Source: the human T2T-CHM13v2.0 reference genome, Homo sapiens. From it: a stretch of DNA of 64,000 nt. The notes under the pieces were generated by a model that was not told the DNA's origin, did no database searches, and saw only the letters and a program-made list of their open reading frames with translations. This document shows, in pieces, positions 43,010 to 56,909 of the stretch (position 1 is the stretch's first letter; each line of letters opens with the position of its first letter). The stretch lies in NCBI RefSeq assembly GCF_009914755.1, contig NC_060927.1; one strand, 5' to 3'. Both the position numbers and the translations under genes were made by a program.

Positions 43010-43230
43010 CAGCATGGAAAAAGAAGCACACACTCTAGAGTCTACAAGACCCAGGTTCAAACCCCCAGGTTGGCTCTAGCACAATAGAATTAACTTGGCA
43101 AGTTGCATAGCAGCTCCAAGCCTCTATTTTCTTGCTTGTAAACCACCATCTCATAGGGTTGCTTTGAGGATTAACGAAAATACCTAGCCTTGTGCTTGTA
43201 ATACAATAGATGCTTAAGAAATATCAGCGG
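43010..43230 (+). mobile_element. MIR
   Basis: agacccaggttcaaaccc...cttggcaagtt...tctcatagggttgctttgaggattaa. Confidence 0.8.
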
Positions 43231-44125
43231 TATTTTTTGTATGCTCAAAGTTGGAAGTTGATCCTTTAAGGATTAAACCATTTTGGCTTTCCGAATAGCA
43301 GTTTATTTAAACAGCTGTTACTGAATGACAATAGCCATTTTTTCATTTGTTTTAATTTATCAAAATTTCCCTTTTTCTTTTACATTTAAACAATGGTAGA
43401 TATGATGCCAGATGTATGTTTCACACACATTTGGGGGGAGGTGAATCTTATGTGCATATAAATGTATTTCTTTTCATTAAAACCGGGGAAATTTTGCTGA
43501 AGTCTAATGAACAAGCCTAAATTTACTTACATATGCTTAAGTAGTTCTCAGCCAGCAGAGAAAAACAGATTGAATTTCAGAAAGATTGACTTGCACATAT
43601 TCTTCTGATTTTGACTCATAGCTCATTTCAAGTATGAGGGCAAATAGAATAGTTTTCTTTTTATCAGTCAATTACCAGTCAAAATTCTTCTGATTTTGAC
43701 TGATAGCCTAGTTTCAAGAATGAGGGCAAACTAAGGCAACACATGATAGACCTATATTTCCTTCACACTGGCAGAGGTCAGGAGTCAGAATTCTATAAGT
43801 TTAAACCAATATAAGCAACCCGAAAACAGAAATGCTATATAGGAGGAGAAAAGGCTTTCAACAAAGCATTGTCATTAGGGTTCGGTTAAATATGCATGCA
43901 TTTGAAATATACATTGACTTAAATGCAAATAGTCAGGCTGAAGCTCTGCTGTAAAGTAAAGGTACACCCACAAAAGGACAGAGCCTTTTCTGGAGACCAG
44001 CAGAAATGTGGTTGTATTTATATTAGTGGGGACAGAAATTATGATCGCTCTGGGGCCGCTGCAGCCTTTCTGCTGACAAGTTGCATGCCACTGTTCCGTA
44101 GTGACTGTTCTTTACCTGGAACGGC

Positions 44126-44139
44126 TTCTCCATGGCAAC
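44126..44139 (+). promoter_or_regulatory. Candidate RFX X-box
   Basis: TTCTCCATGGCAAC is a 13/14 match to GTYNCCATGGCAAC, in non-repeat, locally CpG-retaining sequence. Motif match only. Confidence 0.35.
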
Positions 44140-45702
44140 CCCAACCCCTTCACAGGGCGCATTCGTTGCTTCTCTCTTTTTAAAATGAACACATTGGGAA
44201 GGAAGTGGAATATGTGTGTTTGAGTTCCTAAATGGAAAAAGGGAGGGAGTAACAGACACCAGGGAAAGCGCAGAGGATTTTTTTTTCCTTTTGCTTAATT
44301 TGCATCCTACTTCCATGGATATGGGTCAAAAAGAAATGATTAAAATTCACTTTGTGCATTGGATTCTCTCTTCCATCAGTGTACATCTTGGAGAGACATG
44401 GTTTGGATCAATTAATCTGTATTGCAGTTGATACCAAGTTTTAGCCCAGTGGTTTGCTGCAATTTCAAAGGATACTTCAGTGTTCTTTTTACCTATTCAT
44501 TAAGGACTGTCAGCAGCCACTCAGACCCAAAGGATTTGGCTGAGGGAAAAATCTCAGAATAATTTTTCAAGAATATAAGTTTTTAAAAGAGAAGACTGAA
44601 AGCACCAGAATGATTTTTCTATTATGTCTGAGGAATATTGTTTTCTAAACTCTTTGCTCAAGATCCAGAAATAGGAGTACTTTATGGGAAAAATCTCTCT
44701 CCTGTTGTCATGGAATAAGTTAAGAGACTCCTCTAAACAGAAAAACAAAGCAAAACAAAAAAACCTCAAGCATTCAGTCACTTCAAACTATTTCATATAG
44801 ATGTCCTGCTTTTTTTTTTTCTTTTAGTTCCCAAAGGTTCTATTTTTTGTTGTTCTTTCAATTTTATAATTAAATGAAAGAGCAAGCCTTGACAAGTGTT
44901 GACCTCCCTTCAATGTTTTGGCTTTCTTAAATAATTTATCCCATTGGATTATATTCAGAAAATGAGAGTTTGACTTTAAGCTGAGAAAGTATGTTCTAAA
45001 TTGCAGCATACCTGTGAGTAACAGCAGCAGTAAGAAGTGGGACCGTGCAATACTGCATGATAGAAAGTTCTAGAAACTTGATAGGTTCCTGGAGTACAGA
45101 AAACACAAATGAAACTAAGACTAGTAAATGTATAGATGCAGAGGTTTTCCCACTCTGAAATCTTACCTCTAGGTTTGAGTGAAGTAGAAACAGATAAAAG
45201 GAAAGATTCCTATCACACAAGTCATTGCCTTCATATGGACGTCCTTTGAACCTGTGGTTGTGTTGGTCAGCTGTGGCCAGAAAGTGAACCATAAACAGTA
45301 AATCACAAGAGGCCTGTAAGGAAAGGCCCAGATAGGTCATCTTCACGTCTGGCTGGCACTTAAACTTGGCCTTTTCCCATAAAAACTGTTGAGAGAAAAA
45401 TAGCAATGTTATGCTAGTAGCCCTAAAGCACGAAAGATGTCCAAATCCATGCCTTGCTACTCCACAGTTACCTTTATGAAAAGTATTTTCTTATAGCCAA
45501 ATATCCCAATTCTTTGTTACCACACATGACTAATCTTCGCTACTATTTAAAAAAAAAAAAAGTGGATTCAATGAGTAGATATTTACTTCCCGAAAATTAG
45601 GGCAAAGAATTTGAAAATGCCTAATGGAATATATTTGTATATACCTAAGGTGAGAAAGCAGCCCATTAGGTCTCTTCCTACTTAACAATCATCGAGAGTT
45701 TC

Positions 45703-46057
45703 ATAGTAGAGACATTTGCTGCTCAGTGAATATCCATGTTTTCCCCCATATTCTTCAGCCTCTCTGGAGTTGAGCAGAGCCATGTGACAAGAAGTGGCCA
45801 AGAGTAGAACTGATGTGCTATTTGTAGGCTGAAGCATTTAAGAGCTAGTGCAAGATCCCTTCAGATTTTAGGTGCCTCACCACGAGAAACATGTTGACAT
45901 GGTGTAGCAACAAGGCAAAAGTCACCAGGAGCACTGCAATGAATACAGAGCTCTAGGAAAGTAACATATTGTACATCAGGTTTTGTGGCTTATGTTTAGT
46001 CAAAGATTCTGGGATTGTCTGTTACCACAGCACAGCTTCTTCTATCCTAATAAACAC
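45703..46057 (+). mobile_element. MLT1 (I/J-like) LTR
   Basis: gccatgtgacaagaagtggccaa...ggctgaagcatttaagagc...agattctgggattgtctgttaccacagcacagc...tatcctaataaaca. Confidence 0.75.
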
Positions 46058-46111
46058 GAAATGTTTGTTATCAAGGCTGATTTTCTTTAGCCATTTTGTT
46101 TAGTTTATGTA

Positions 46112-46365
46112 AAAGGTGGTGGAGCAATTTTTAAAACTGTGAGCTTTGGAATTAAGCAGAGATGGATTAGAATCCTAACTCCACCACTTATGAGCTGATG
46201 GAACATGAGACAAGTTATTTACTATCTTGGCCTCTGTTTCCTCATGTATAAGATGGAAACTCCGTCTACATGAGCAGTTTATATAAAATAACTAGTATAA
46301 AGCACTTAGCACAGAACTGAGCACATGGTGTGTATTCAGTAATACTGGAAGTTGCCCTTGCTGTT
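46112..46365 (+). mobile_element. MIR, full length
   Basis: gagctttggaattaagcaga...gaatcctaactccaccactta...gcctctgtttcctcatgtataagatgg...aaagcacttagcacag. Confidence 0.88.
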
Positions 46366-47394
46366 TGCTACTATTGATAATTGGTTTTCATAACAGTGAG
46401 GTTGCCTTTAGTAAGGGACTAAATCATTACAAGTCTTTTCAGGGTAGAGTTAGGATATGTTTGACATTACTGGAAGTTGCCAGGAGTAGTGAAACTGAGG
46501 CTCTATGGGCCTCTGTCAAAGGGAGAAACTAAGAATGAACCAGCATATCGACAGTTCCTCTGCTTTGTTAATTACTGCCCTTGAGTGTGACCATGTAGAA
46601 ACAGGCAGATTGTTTTTGTCCTATATTTTAGATGTGCATTGATGTGCCTTTGGAATTCTGGAAACACCAACATACTCTAATTAAGAAAATTCCATTAGGA
46701 AATGAATTTCTACTGCATTGTTATATCCATCATTATATACATAATATTTATTTATGTTATCTCTTGCAAACATTGACATACCGAATATCAGGTCAATTAA
46801 CTTTAGAAAGTAATTGTGTATTTAAATAGCAGTAAGAGGAGAAATACACACCACTGGAAGTTAGAGTTGGGAATAGGTTCCGTAGAGTGAACACTGTTTC
46901 AATAATATGTAGGAATGAATAATTCCCCACCTAACACCAATGTAATAATGTACTGTAAGCATTGCTTTTCTCTGTATAATTTCCCAAGAATTCAATGGAA
47001 AACAAGTAACATTATGGGGAAATATTGATTCACTTTGGGCACAGTGGGTCTTGTTATAATAAAGACAGAGTCTGTGGCCATTTCTTTCCTTATTCTCTTC
47101 TTTAAAAAAAGAAGTAAATATATGGAATTGCTAATTATAATTGGGACACTTAGATTGCTTCCTTTTATAGAATGAACTAGGAGATTTCTTGGGCCTCAGC
47201 AATTTTTTCGTGACTTGAATACCCTAAGGGCATGAAAAAGTTAAGATCATGTAATTATGCCAGCTTTAGTTTTTGCATTTTGATTAAGCCTTGAGTTTGT
47301 TACAGGAATCCCAAGCAATCAATAACAAGCCTCATCTTACTTATCTGAACTCATCTCCTGCTCTATTTCAACCCATGTCAATGTGGGAAACTGA

Positions 47395-47595
47395 GAATAC
47401 AGTGGTTAAGAGTACAAGTTGTTTATTATTGGCTGGCTCTATGGCTTACTAGCTGTATGTGATATTGGGTAATGTCAAAGAACCTGTTTTGTTATCGACA
47501 AAATGGAGATAATAATAGTACCTCATGGAGTGGTTGTTAAGACTAAATGAAATACTGGAGTGAGACTCTAAATATGTCAATAAATAGTAGATGTC
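47395..47595 (+). mobile_element. MIR
   Basis: cagtggttaagagtac...cttactagctgtatg...aaaatggagataataatagtacctcatggagtggttgt. Confidence 0.75.
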
Positions 47596-48084
47596 ACCCA
47601 AGTTGGCTTTCCTGTGGTTCGTTGTGCTCAGTTTCACTCTTGCATCTCAAACTGCAGTGAAGAATACATAGTGGGTTAATTGAGGTGGCCTCAGTTAATA
47701 TGAGGTTTTAGCCTGTCATATCATCTATTCACAGCCTACGTGGGAGGCTAATTTGGTGACAACAGCACTTGAGGTTGGTTATCAAAGTTGATTCAGAAAA
47801 TACAGCAGGCTTTGGGGCCGATGCCTTTCTTCACTTACTGCATATAAAGGTGATCTGCTCCCAAAACTCCGAAGGAAGGAGCTTGGGCATTTTTCAGAGG
47901 TGGCTGAGTATGATGCTCTCTTACTAGAATCTGAAAACAAACCTCCTCTTCTGGAAAGATTAAGCTACTGCATTTTCCAATGAGGAATCATACGTTTTCC
48001 TCCTCAGTCATCTTGGATGATATCCTCTACATTTGGACTATACATTTCTAAAAGAGGAAGTGCATGTATTACCAACTCTTCTCC

Positions 48085-48430
48085 CACTGCAAACATTTTT
48101 TGAGTGCCTACCCTGCATGAGTCCTGGGCTGAACACTTTCCTGCCACTTACTTGACTTCCAACTTTGGTCAAGTTCCTAAACTTCTTGTGCCACCATCTG
48201 TAAAATGAAGGCAATGATGGCTACCTCATGGAGTTGGGTATGAGAATTCAGTGCATTAAAGCACATAAAGCACTAAGACTAGGACACATTGAAGGTACTC
48301 AGTGGCAATAGTCAGTATTAAACTTATCTCTAATTTATAGAAGAGCAAATGGTCTCATGGGAGTTGAATAATTTGCCCAGGGCTTTAGAGCCCACTATAC
48401 CTACCTTCAAAATCTTGGCATTTAGCCCCT
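48085..48430. mobile_element. Nested MIRs (+ copy ~48140-48320 within/adjacent to a - copy)
   Basis: catctgtaaaatgaaggcaatgatggctacctcatgg (+); aatttatagaagagcaaatgg...aataatttgcccaggg (-). Confidence 0.65.
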
Positions 48431-49017
48431 TTACTGCCCTGCTGCTTCCTATCATTCACTCTATACAACTAGGAATCCCAGGTGCTCTGCTGTCTTTAAA
48501 ACCATGTATAATTTGTTAAAGTGACTTCAATGAGCTTAAAAAGAAACATACCAAACCTGAGTTAGAGAATGACATGGCAGAAATTTTCTAGAATGAATAC
48601 AAATTTCTGCTTGCCTATGAGGTTGTCAGACTGAATTTATACTTAAAGTACTGTACCTAAGCTAGTCTCCCCTTCTGGCATTAATAACCTCAGCTCTTTG
48701 GAGTCTAAGAATAACCAAACGGGTGCCACGGGTCAATGGTGGGCAGCAGCTTGTGAGAATCTACTTTTCTCATGTAGCCAAACTGCTGCACAAGAAATAA
48801 GCAACATTTATGTGGCCCCTATGTCTAAGGTGGACACTTCTTTAATGAGATGTATATACCTCACAAGAATCTCCTTTCAGCCCAGCTATACATAATATAC
48901 TCACAGTTCCAGGCCTTGTTCACCTCAATTCCATAATCATCCTCATTATATGACAGGAGAGAAAGAAGTAGACAAACCCTTTATTAAGAGAGAGAACTCA
49001 GGTCGTCAGCAAGTGCA

Positions 49018-49480
49018 GTGGATGCTTCTGTTTTTGTCTAACTGACTTCTGTCTCTCCTTTTATTGATAACTCCTCTGCCCTTACAATCTACCCAGTTCT
49101 GGTGGGATGCCCACTGCCCAACTAGACACATGACCTAGGCCTGATCAAATCAGACTAAATCCTAATACCTATACCAGAGTTATTGAGAAAGATAAGTTTT
49201 GGTCTGCTGGCCTTGACAGTGAAAGGATGTAGGCTTGGAGCTCCTCAGGGCCACTGCTTCAGGGAACCTTGCTGACAGTGAAGCCAACACAGAAGAAAGC
49301 AAGGCCAAACATTGAAAGAGACAGAGTCCTGATTCTTCCTTTTGAACAATTGGATACCACCTGGCTTGAAGCTTTCCACTGCGCTTCTCATCTCTGATAA
49401 GGGTTGACAGGTGTCTTCCTATTTATTCCTTAAGGCAGCTTTGGTTAACTTCAGTCATCTGCCACTGAAAAGAACCAGTT
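49018..49480 (+). mobile_element. MLT1K-like LTR
   Basis: cacatgacctaggcctgatcaaatcaga..., gtgaagccaacacagaagaaagcaaggcc...gagacagagtcctga..., cttaaggcagctttggtt. Confidence 0.75.
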
Positions 49481-49794
49481 CAGCAAATTTTATCCCCATT
49501 CTAAGATGTTCTCCCTCCCAGGTCACTTTTAGTTTCTTGTGAGCACTTGGCATGTTGTGAATCTCCATCAGTAATCTCTGAAGAATCTGAAGTTACCAAA
49601 CTCCTTGACTTTTGGCTTCTGCCCTTTTACCTCTAGCTTAGCGGAGTTACCTAGATCCCACATGGCATATTGGGGAAAGATAAAAAAGAAGAGAGATTAT
49701 CTCCAGGGTAGTTTTGTTCCATACATGAGGAAATGCTAATAACTAATGAAAAAAATTGCTTTGTTTCTCATTCAAGCTTCTCTAAATATCCAAA

Positions 49795-49915
49795 GGAAAA
49801 TGTTAATATAAATCTCTATTGCATATGGGAAAAGTGAAACTTGGAGAAGTTAAAGTGCCCAAGATCACACAGTTAGTAGCTGGTATAACTAGGATTCAAA
49901 ACCATGCGTCTTATT
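49795..49915 (-). mobile_element. MIR fragment
   Basis: gagaagttaaagtgcccaagatcacacagttagtagctgg...ggattcaaaacca. Confidence 0.75.
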
Positions 49916-50737
49916 TGCATGTGATGGAAAGGCAAGCTGGGAACCTGTAACCTTCTGCATTAAAGGACGCCTTTCATCCAAACCCCCTGTGCTTTAGTGT
50001 GGCGCCCAGAGCTCCTCCTTCAATTCTGTTTCCATGGTGCACTGTGCATGTGCAGTCCTTGAACGTTCTTGCATTTGCTGGGGGTGGGAAGCCTTTCTCC
50101 AGGTCTCAGCTTCAGATGCTGCCCACCCAGCCATCTGTGGCAACAGATTTGTGTGTTATCAATTAAAGTCTAAAGGAAGTTGGCAAAACCTCCTACTCTA
50201 ACAGGGTGGGCTAAAGAAGTTCCTGTTAAAACAGAAATGGATTGTGTCTATGATAGTGGTAGTTGGTAGCTTTCCAAGAGCACTTTAAATACACCCCATG
50301 CCTTGAATTGCTCAGCTCTGAATCTCTTTAAGATATTCCTCTCAGAGGCAGCTCATTTCCATGGAGCAGACCGGTGCATAATTAAACAGGGTTGCCCTTC
50401 TGGAAAGCAAAGCAACATTCACAATTTGGAGAATCTGCTCCTGTGATTTTCACTTTGTGACTCACGTGGGAAATCGTTATTTTTTTTTTTTTAGTGTACA
50501 AAATCTTCATATATATAACATGTCGTGCCCCACTTACAGTCACAAAACCTTCTTGGTTTCGATTGCTCTGGAAGACTCTTTAAGATGCCTCACCTAGGGA
50601 ACTCCAAAATATCAAGTACACAAAATGGCCTTTAAGTTCAAGACAGAAAATCTCAAGTACATATTCCTTATTTAGTGAAAATCCATCTTGCTATTTTTAC
50701 ATAACTAGATGACTTAAAGTTTTAGATAGAGAAATAT

Positions 50738-50850
50738 AAAACATTTTAAATACCTACTATGTGCTATTCCCTGTGGTAGGTCCTGGAAGAATAGAGATTA
50801 ACCATATATAGTTTCTACCCTCATGGCACTTACTGTCTAATAGCTAAATA
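50738..50850 (-). mobile_element. L2 fragment
   Basis: aaatacctactatgtgcta...gtaggtcctgg...gtttctaccctcatggcacttactgtcta. Confidence 0.65.
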
Positions 50851-51049
50851 GGGATTTATGACAGTCTGGCCACACATACAAAAAATGGGTACTACATTGG
50901 CTTATGAAGAATTATGATTCTGAATCATAAGAAATTTAGTCCCATTACAGGATAGGCCCTTGTATTCTTAAACATCACATTATCCATCCTTCTACTAACA
51001 CTCTGACAGCAATATACAAAGCACAATGGTCTCCCTTTCTCTCTTTTGT

Positions 51050-51273
51050 AAAATTTATCAACTTCAGCATATTTACTTTGGGGCCAGATAATTCCTTGTC
51101 GTGGGGACTGTTGTGTCCATTGTAGGGTTCTTAGCATCATACTTGGCCTCAACCTACCAGATGCCAGTTATGACATCCCCAGTTATGACAACCAGAAGAG
51201 TCTTCGGACATGGCCAAGTGTTCCTTGGGTGGGGGAGAGAGTGGGAAAAATCACCCCTGGTTGAGAGCCACTG
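51050..51273 (+). mobile_element. MER20 (hAT-Charlie)
   Basis: ttggggccagataattccttgtcgtggggactgt...ccagatgccag...aaaatcacccctggttgagagccactg. Confidence 0.88.
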
Positions 51274-52329
51274 AGCCAAACCAAGAGTAACAGTAGTTGT
51301 TTTACAGCTTCCCTAAAACAGAATGAATCTTGTTTTAAATTAATAGAGAAAGATGGGTCATTCCTGGAGACAAAGGAATGCACTAAATGACCTCCTAAGA
51401 TCCCTGCCAATCCTAGAATTCCAGGGTACTTTTACCCATAACCTAGTTTGGTTCCTCTGTGTCCCTGTCCCCGTGGACCCTCATGACTGTGCCTGACAGG
51501 CAGCTGCATATCCAACATGCTCTTTATGTCAGCAGGAACCCTGGAGGAGTCTTTTTTTTTTTTCTTTTTTTAAGTTCTTTTTGTTTTTGAGAAAACTTGG
51601 CAGAAACATTCTTTTTGAAAGAGGAAAAAAAGAAAACCCTAAAAACAAATTTAAGGGCCGTGGGAAAATAACTTTCTGTGCTCCTAGGTACCAGGACCGA
51701 CCATTTGTTAGTATCGAGCATCTGCTAAAGTGTGAAAAATTCTTGGAAGGCATTTTCTAAATTTTGTTATTGTTGTTTTATCCATTTATTTCTATGAGCC
51801 CTTTCCTTTGCTGTATGTTGCCTGTCCATGTTGGGCTGGCCAACTGAGGTATGCACTGTCCTTTATTTTGAAGAACATACTATTTATCTGATGGTTGGGA
51901 AGGTGGCCGTACTGAAGTATAAGGAGCCCAGCATTTGAATGTTTTAAGACCTGACTTTTAATCTTATGACCATCACTTCCTGACTTTGAGATCTCAGGAC
52001 TTCTGTGCTTTAATTCGTACTTAAAAACGTGGATGGTAAAACTCTCCACTGAACAGCTGTGGGGACAAAACAAGATGGTAGCTATTTGTAGATTTCAAAA
52101 TTGCTATGAAAATTATTTGTTAATATGATTGGACATTGTAATCATGTAGCAAATGTTTGTTTCCCCATTGGCTACTTATGTAGGGTTTATTTAAAATTAG
52201 GCAAAACTAAGAATATGTTTCCTGGCCACACCTTTTATATCAATCTCTCTTCAAATGTGATCCCTGGACTCTTCTTTAATTTCCCACTTCAGTAGTCCGT
52301 CTTACAATTTTTTTAACCTAGTTTTTCTG

Positions 52330-53348
<1,019 letters not shown>

Positions 53349-53711
53349 AAGATGCCTAGGCCCTATGAAGTACACAAAAAGTATTAACTTGTACTGATAA
53401 ACTTGAATTCATAAAGCTCCTGGACAAAATTGACGTAAAAAGCCTTCATCTTTCAAAGGGTATAGCCTCCATTTTGAAACAATTTCTTTGGTTTACACAA
53501 CCCGGGGGACATGGTCCACCTCATGTTCTCTATCACTGCCCTCCCTGTCCCTCAAGCTTGTGCAACCACAACCCTGGATTTTATCAGTTTTTTCCATAGA
53601 ATGTTAAAGATTTTCTACAGAAGGAACCTCTGTTGATACATTGGTAGAAGTTTCCTCAAAGTCAGAATGATGGAACTTTGGAAGAGCTTGAGAAAAACTG
53701 GGGTATTAGAG

Positions 53712-53878
53712 CACTGCTTCTTAAACTTTAACATGCGTATGACTGCCTTGGAATCCTGTCAAAATGCAGATTCTGGTTGAGTGGGTCTAAGATGGGGGAC
53801 CCTGAGATTCTGCCATTCCTAACAAGCTCCCAGGGGTTCTGTTGAGGCTGGCGTAGGGACCACACTTTGTGTAGCAAG
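53712..53878. mobile_element. MER5A
   Basis: aaaatgcagattctggttgagtgggtct...cctgagattctgc...ctaacaagctcccagg...gggaccacactttgtgtagcaag. Confidence 0.85.
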
Positions 53879-54567
53879 GTGTAGATGAGGAAGTTTGTCT
53901 TTATCTCATCTATCTTTAGATGCCGTCTTTCTCCTTAAGAGGTGCCTTTGACTCTTGATAAAGCTTAGATCCCACCAAAACTTTCCTCCTCCTCTCCCAG
54001 CGTTCAGAGGCTAGTGTGGAACAAGAATCTCAGGAGATGTTCAACACCCAAAGGACTGTGGAATAAAAATAAGTTTGCCAAACACCATGAACCATAGTTC
54101 CCCATCTTGGGGACCCACATAATGCATGGATGTATTAAAGGCTCTGAAAAGTCCTGCTATTTTTTAAAAAACATGTTTCTTATGGTTTACTCTAGAATTC
54201 CCCTTAAGTAATCTACAAATATCTTAAGACTAGATTAGAATCTCATGGGTGGAACCCAGATTTCAGTAGTTCTTTAACTCTTCCTGGGTGATCCCAATTT
54301 ATAACTGAGGTTGAGAGGTCTGCCAGGGTAAGCATAGGAAATTCTAACAGAATACACTTGGGGAAAATCCTACAGCTAAAATAGCTCATCTAATAACATT
54401 GTTTATTAGATGCTAAAGGTGATAATTTCTGAAGTGGTAAGCCTACATTTATACAATAGATTTCTTATTTGAAAAGACTTAAATGGCTTAAATCAGGCTG
54501 GAAATTTGGAGATGCTGGAGCTGATGGATTTAGTGGAAAGAGAGAACAAGGACTTTAAAATACCTCT

Positions 54568-54575
54568 TGTGTGTG

Positions 54576-54624
<49 letters not shown>

Positions 54625-54634
54625 TCTATATATA
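54568..54634 (+). repeat. (TG)n/(TA)n compound microsatellite
   Basis: tgtgtgtgtatatatatatgtgtgtg...gtatatatatatatata. Confidence 0.9.
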
Positions 54635-54640
54635 ATGATG

Positions 54641-55143
54641 TGTTGGCATCTTAAAAAGAAACAAAAACTTTCTAGCTGGGGAGAGACTGCCTGTCCTAGA
54701 GCTAATTGGTTCTTAGTGGACTCAGCCAGGAGCATACCCTTGTTATGGAAACTAAGTAATCCTGAGCCATACCTCCTTAACCTGGCCCATATACCCAGAA
54801 GGCAACATTCCTCTGCTTTAACCACTCCAGGGCCAGGTATCAGGCAACTAGGGACCACTCTTATAGTTTAGAGCCAGCCAAATTATCCAAAATAGTTGAT
54901 CTTCAATAGTTTACCCGCCCCTGCCTCTCCCAAGAAAACTCCAAAAAAGGCTGCAAAATATCCCCCCCTCCCAACTTTCTGCTCCTGCCTCTGCCTCTTG
55001 TCCAGCCTAGTGTCTCTCCCATGTGGCCTCATGCAACGTGCCATGCCTTCGATCTCTAGGGCCACTTAATATGTTAAGCTCGCTTTCCTGAGCCTCTCCT
55101 GTCTCCTCTAGTGGCCCCACCTGATTGACCATCACATAAAACA
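54641..55143 (+). mobile_element. ERVL solo LTR (MER74-like)
   Basis: ggggagagactgcc...ctcagccaggagcataccctt...ccagggccaggtatcaggcaactagggaccac; TG...CA ends. Confidence 0.65.
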
Positions 55144-55314
55144 ATATGAAACACTCCTCAAAACCACCCATGGCATTGAATGCATGTCTCTATCTGTGTC
55201 TACCACCGGCTCCAACCAGAGACAAATTTCTGAAACACTTGAAAGATTTGAAGGCAAAACATTTTTTTTGTAGCTCTATTGAACGTGAATTCCATCTCTG
55301 GCTCTTTCTTCCGC

Positions 55315-55495
55315 TTAATGATAGGCTTTGAGCAAAGACATTGAACTTCTCTAGATGTCCTGATCCTTGTGTATAAAACAGGGCTCACACCTGCCCTGCC
55401 TACCTTTCAGACTTATTGTAAGCATTAAATGTGGCAGAGAAAACACACTTGGTAAAATGATGTGCCAAACACATATAAAATATAACATTATTGTT
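55315..55495 (+). mobile_element. MIR (degenerate)
   Basis: tttgagcaaagacattgaacttctct...acacctgccctgcctacctttcag...ttgtaagcattaaatg. Confidence 0.6.
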
Positions 55496-56589
55496 GTGAG
55501 AGAAAAATGTTGCCTCAATTTCTGAGAAATAAATCACTTATTTGGTGCCTTTGATTATATGCTACAGAAATTTGAGAAAAAGCAGGACTCTGCTTCTGCC
55601 AATGTTCTTGTCTTTGACCTCTGCTCAGAGTCTCAGTGCTAATTGGTTCTGTGTAGAAGAGGCAGGAGAAACTTTGTTACCTAGTTTGTCTAATTAATAG
55701 CCACAGATCAATTTGCTTGTCATTTTTTCTCTCATAGATTACTTGTTGTTTTTTGACTAATGGGTCCTATCTGAAGATGGCTACATATTGTGCCACAAAT
55801 TTGTCCTACCTCTGGTAAACATATGACCTTTTGAACTATTTGACGTAGCATAGCAGTCTGTATTTTGCAAGAAGCCTTATGTATTTAACCTCCTTCTCTC
55901 ATATCATTTTGCATGAATGTATTCTGCCTGCAGAGGCCCTTATAAATGGGCAATAAGCTTTGACATGTGTTCAGATCAGTTTGGCTCAGAAAGTTTATTT
56001 TAAATTTACTATACATTTTCATTGTCTTGTCTTCCAAAATTCCAGTGATGGTAATTGTAACAGTTCACACCAGGCCCTTGATCTCATCTGTGCAATGACA
56101 GGTGTTTGAGAAAGTTCGTTCTGGGAATGTCAGAGAGACTTCAGAAAAGCGTTTGGCCTGTGTCTGTGTAGCTTCTCAGCGCTGTCTTTGTCACATTTCG
56201 TGCTGTGTTCAGCCTTCCTCCCAACTCCGGCAGCTTTCCAAAGCAGCCTCCTGATTCATCCTCATCAAGCAGCAGAGAAGCCCAGGTGCAGCTCTGCTCA
56301 GCCTTCTTTGGGGAGGCAGAGCTAAGGGTTATCCCCCCAAGGCACAGGACATCCCTTTATACAGGGATTTTTTATCAAGATTAAATTTATTCAAGTACAA
56401 GATGCTTTGTAAAAATCCAGTCCCCAATAATATCTACATCACTCTGAAATGGAATATAGAATACCAAAATGAATTTCTTTTTCAAAGAAGTGATAAGCTG
56501 CCTTGGATGTATACATAAAAGAAATTTTTAAATGATTAGCAATATTATTTTATTCTGCCTATTTTAGATACAACTGCTGCTATTATTAT

Positions 56590-56905
56590 GTCTACTACTG
56601 ACTGTAATACTGAGTGTACCTGGAAGTAAGTTAAGCTGTTTGCACACATTATCTCATTCCATCCTCCTGATGACCATATGTAGTAAGCAACGTTTTTTAC
56701 CCCCAACTTATGGTTAAGAAAACTGAAGCTTGGAGATATTAATAGTTAAATTTTCCCTAAGTGCTTACTTGGGGTGAGCCATTACACTAGTCACTTTACC
56801 TGTATGAGGTCAATTAATCTTAATTAACTAAAGTAAATGTAGAAACTCTGTTAGTCACTAAGGCTATCCCATTTCACAGATAAATAAATTGAAATGAAGG
56901 CACAA
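56590..56905 (-). mobile_element. Two tandem MIR fragments; the second is interrupted by MST
   Basis: cattatctcattccatcctc...aagaaaactgaagcttggagat; cccatttcacagataaataaattga. Confidence 0.65.
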
Positions 56906-56909
56906 GGTC

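Noticed and set aside
43599-43730. Repeat-spacer-repeat layout superficially like a CRISPR array
   Set aside because: Only two imperfect units, the spacer derives from the unit, there are no cas genes, and the DNA is primate.
55100-55116. CTCF-like motif (ggccactagaggagac on -)
   Set aside because: Two mismatches in the conserved core and located in an old LTR; unsupported without ChIP data.
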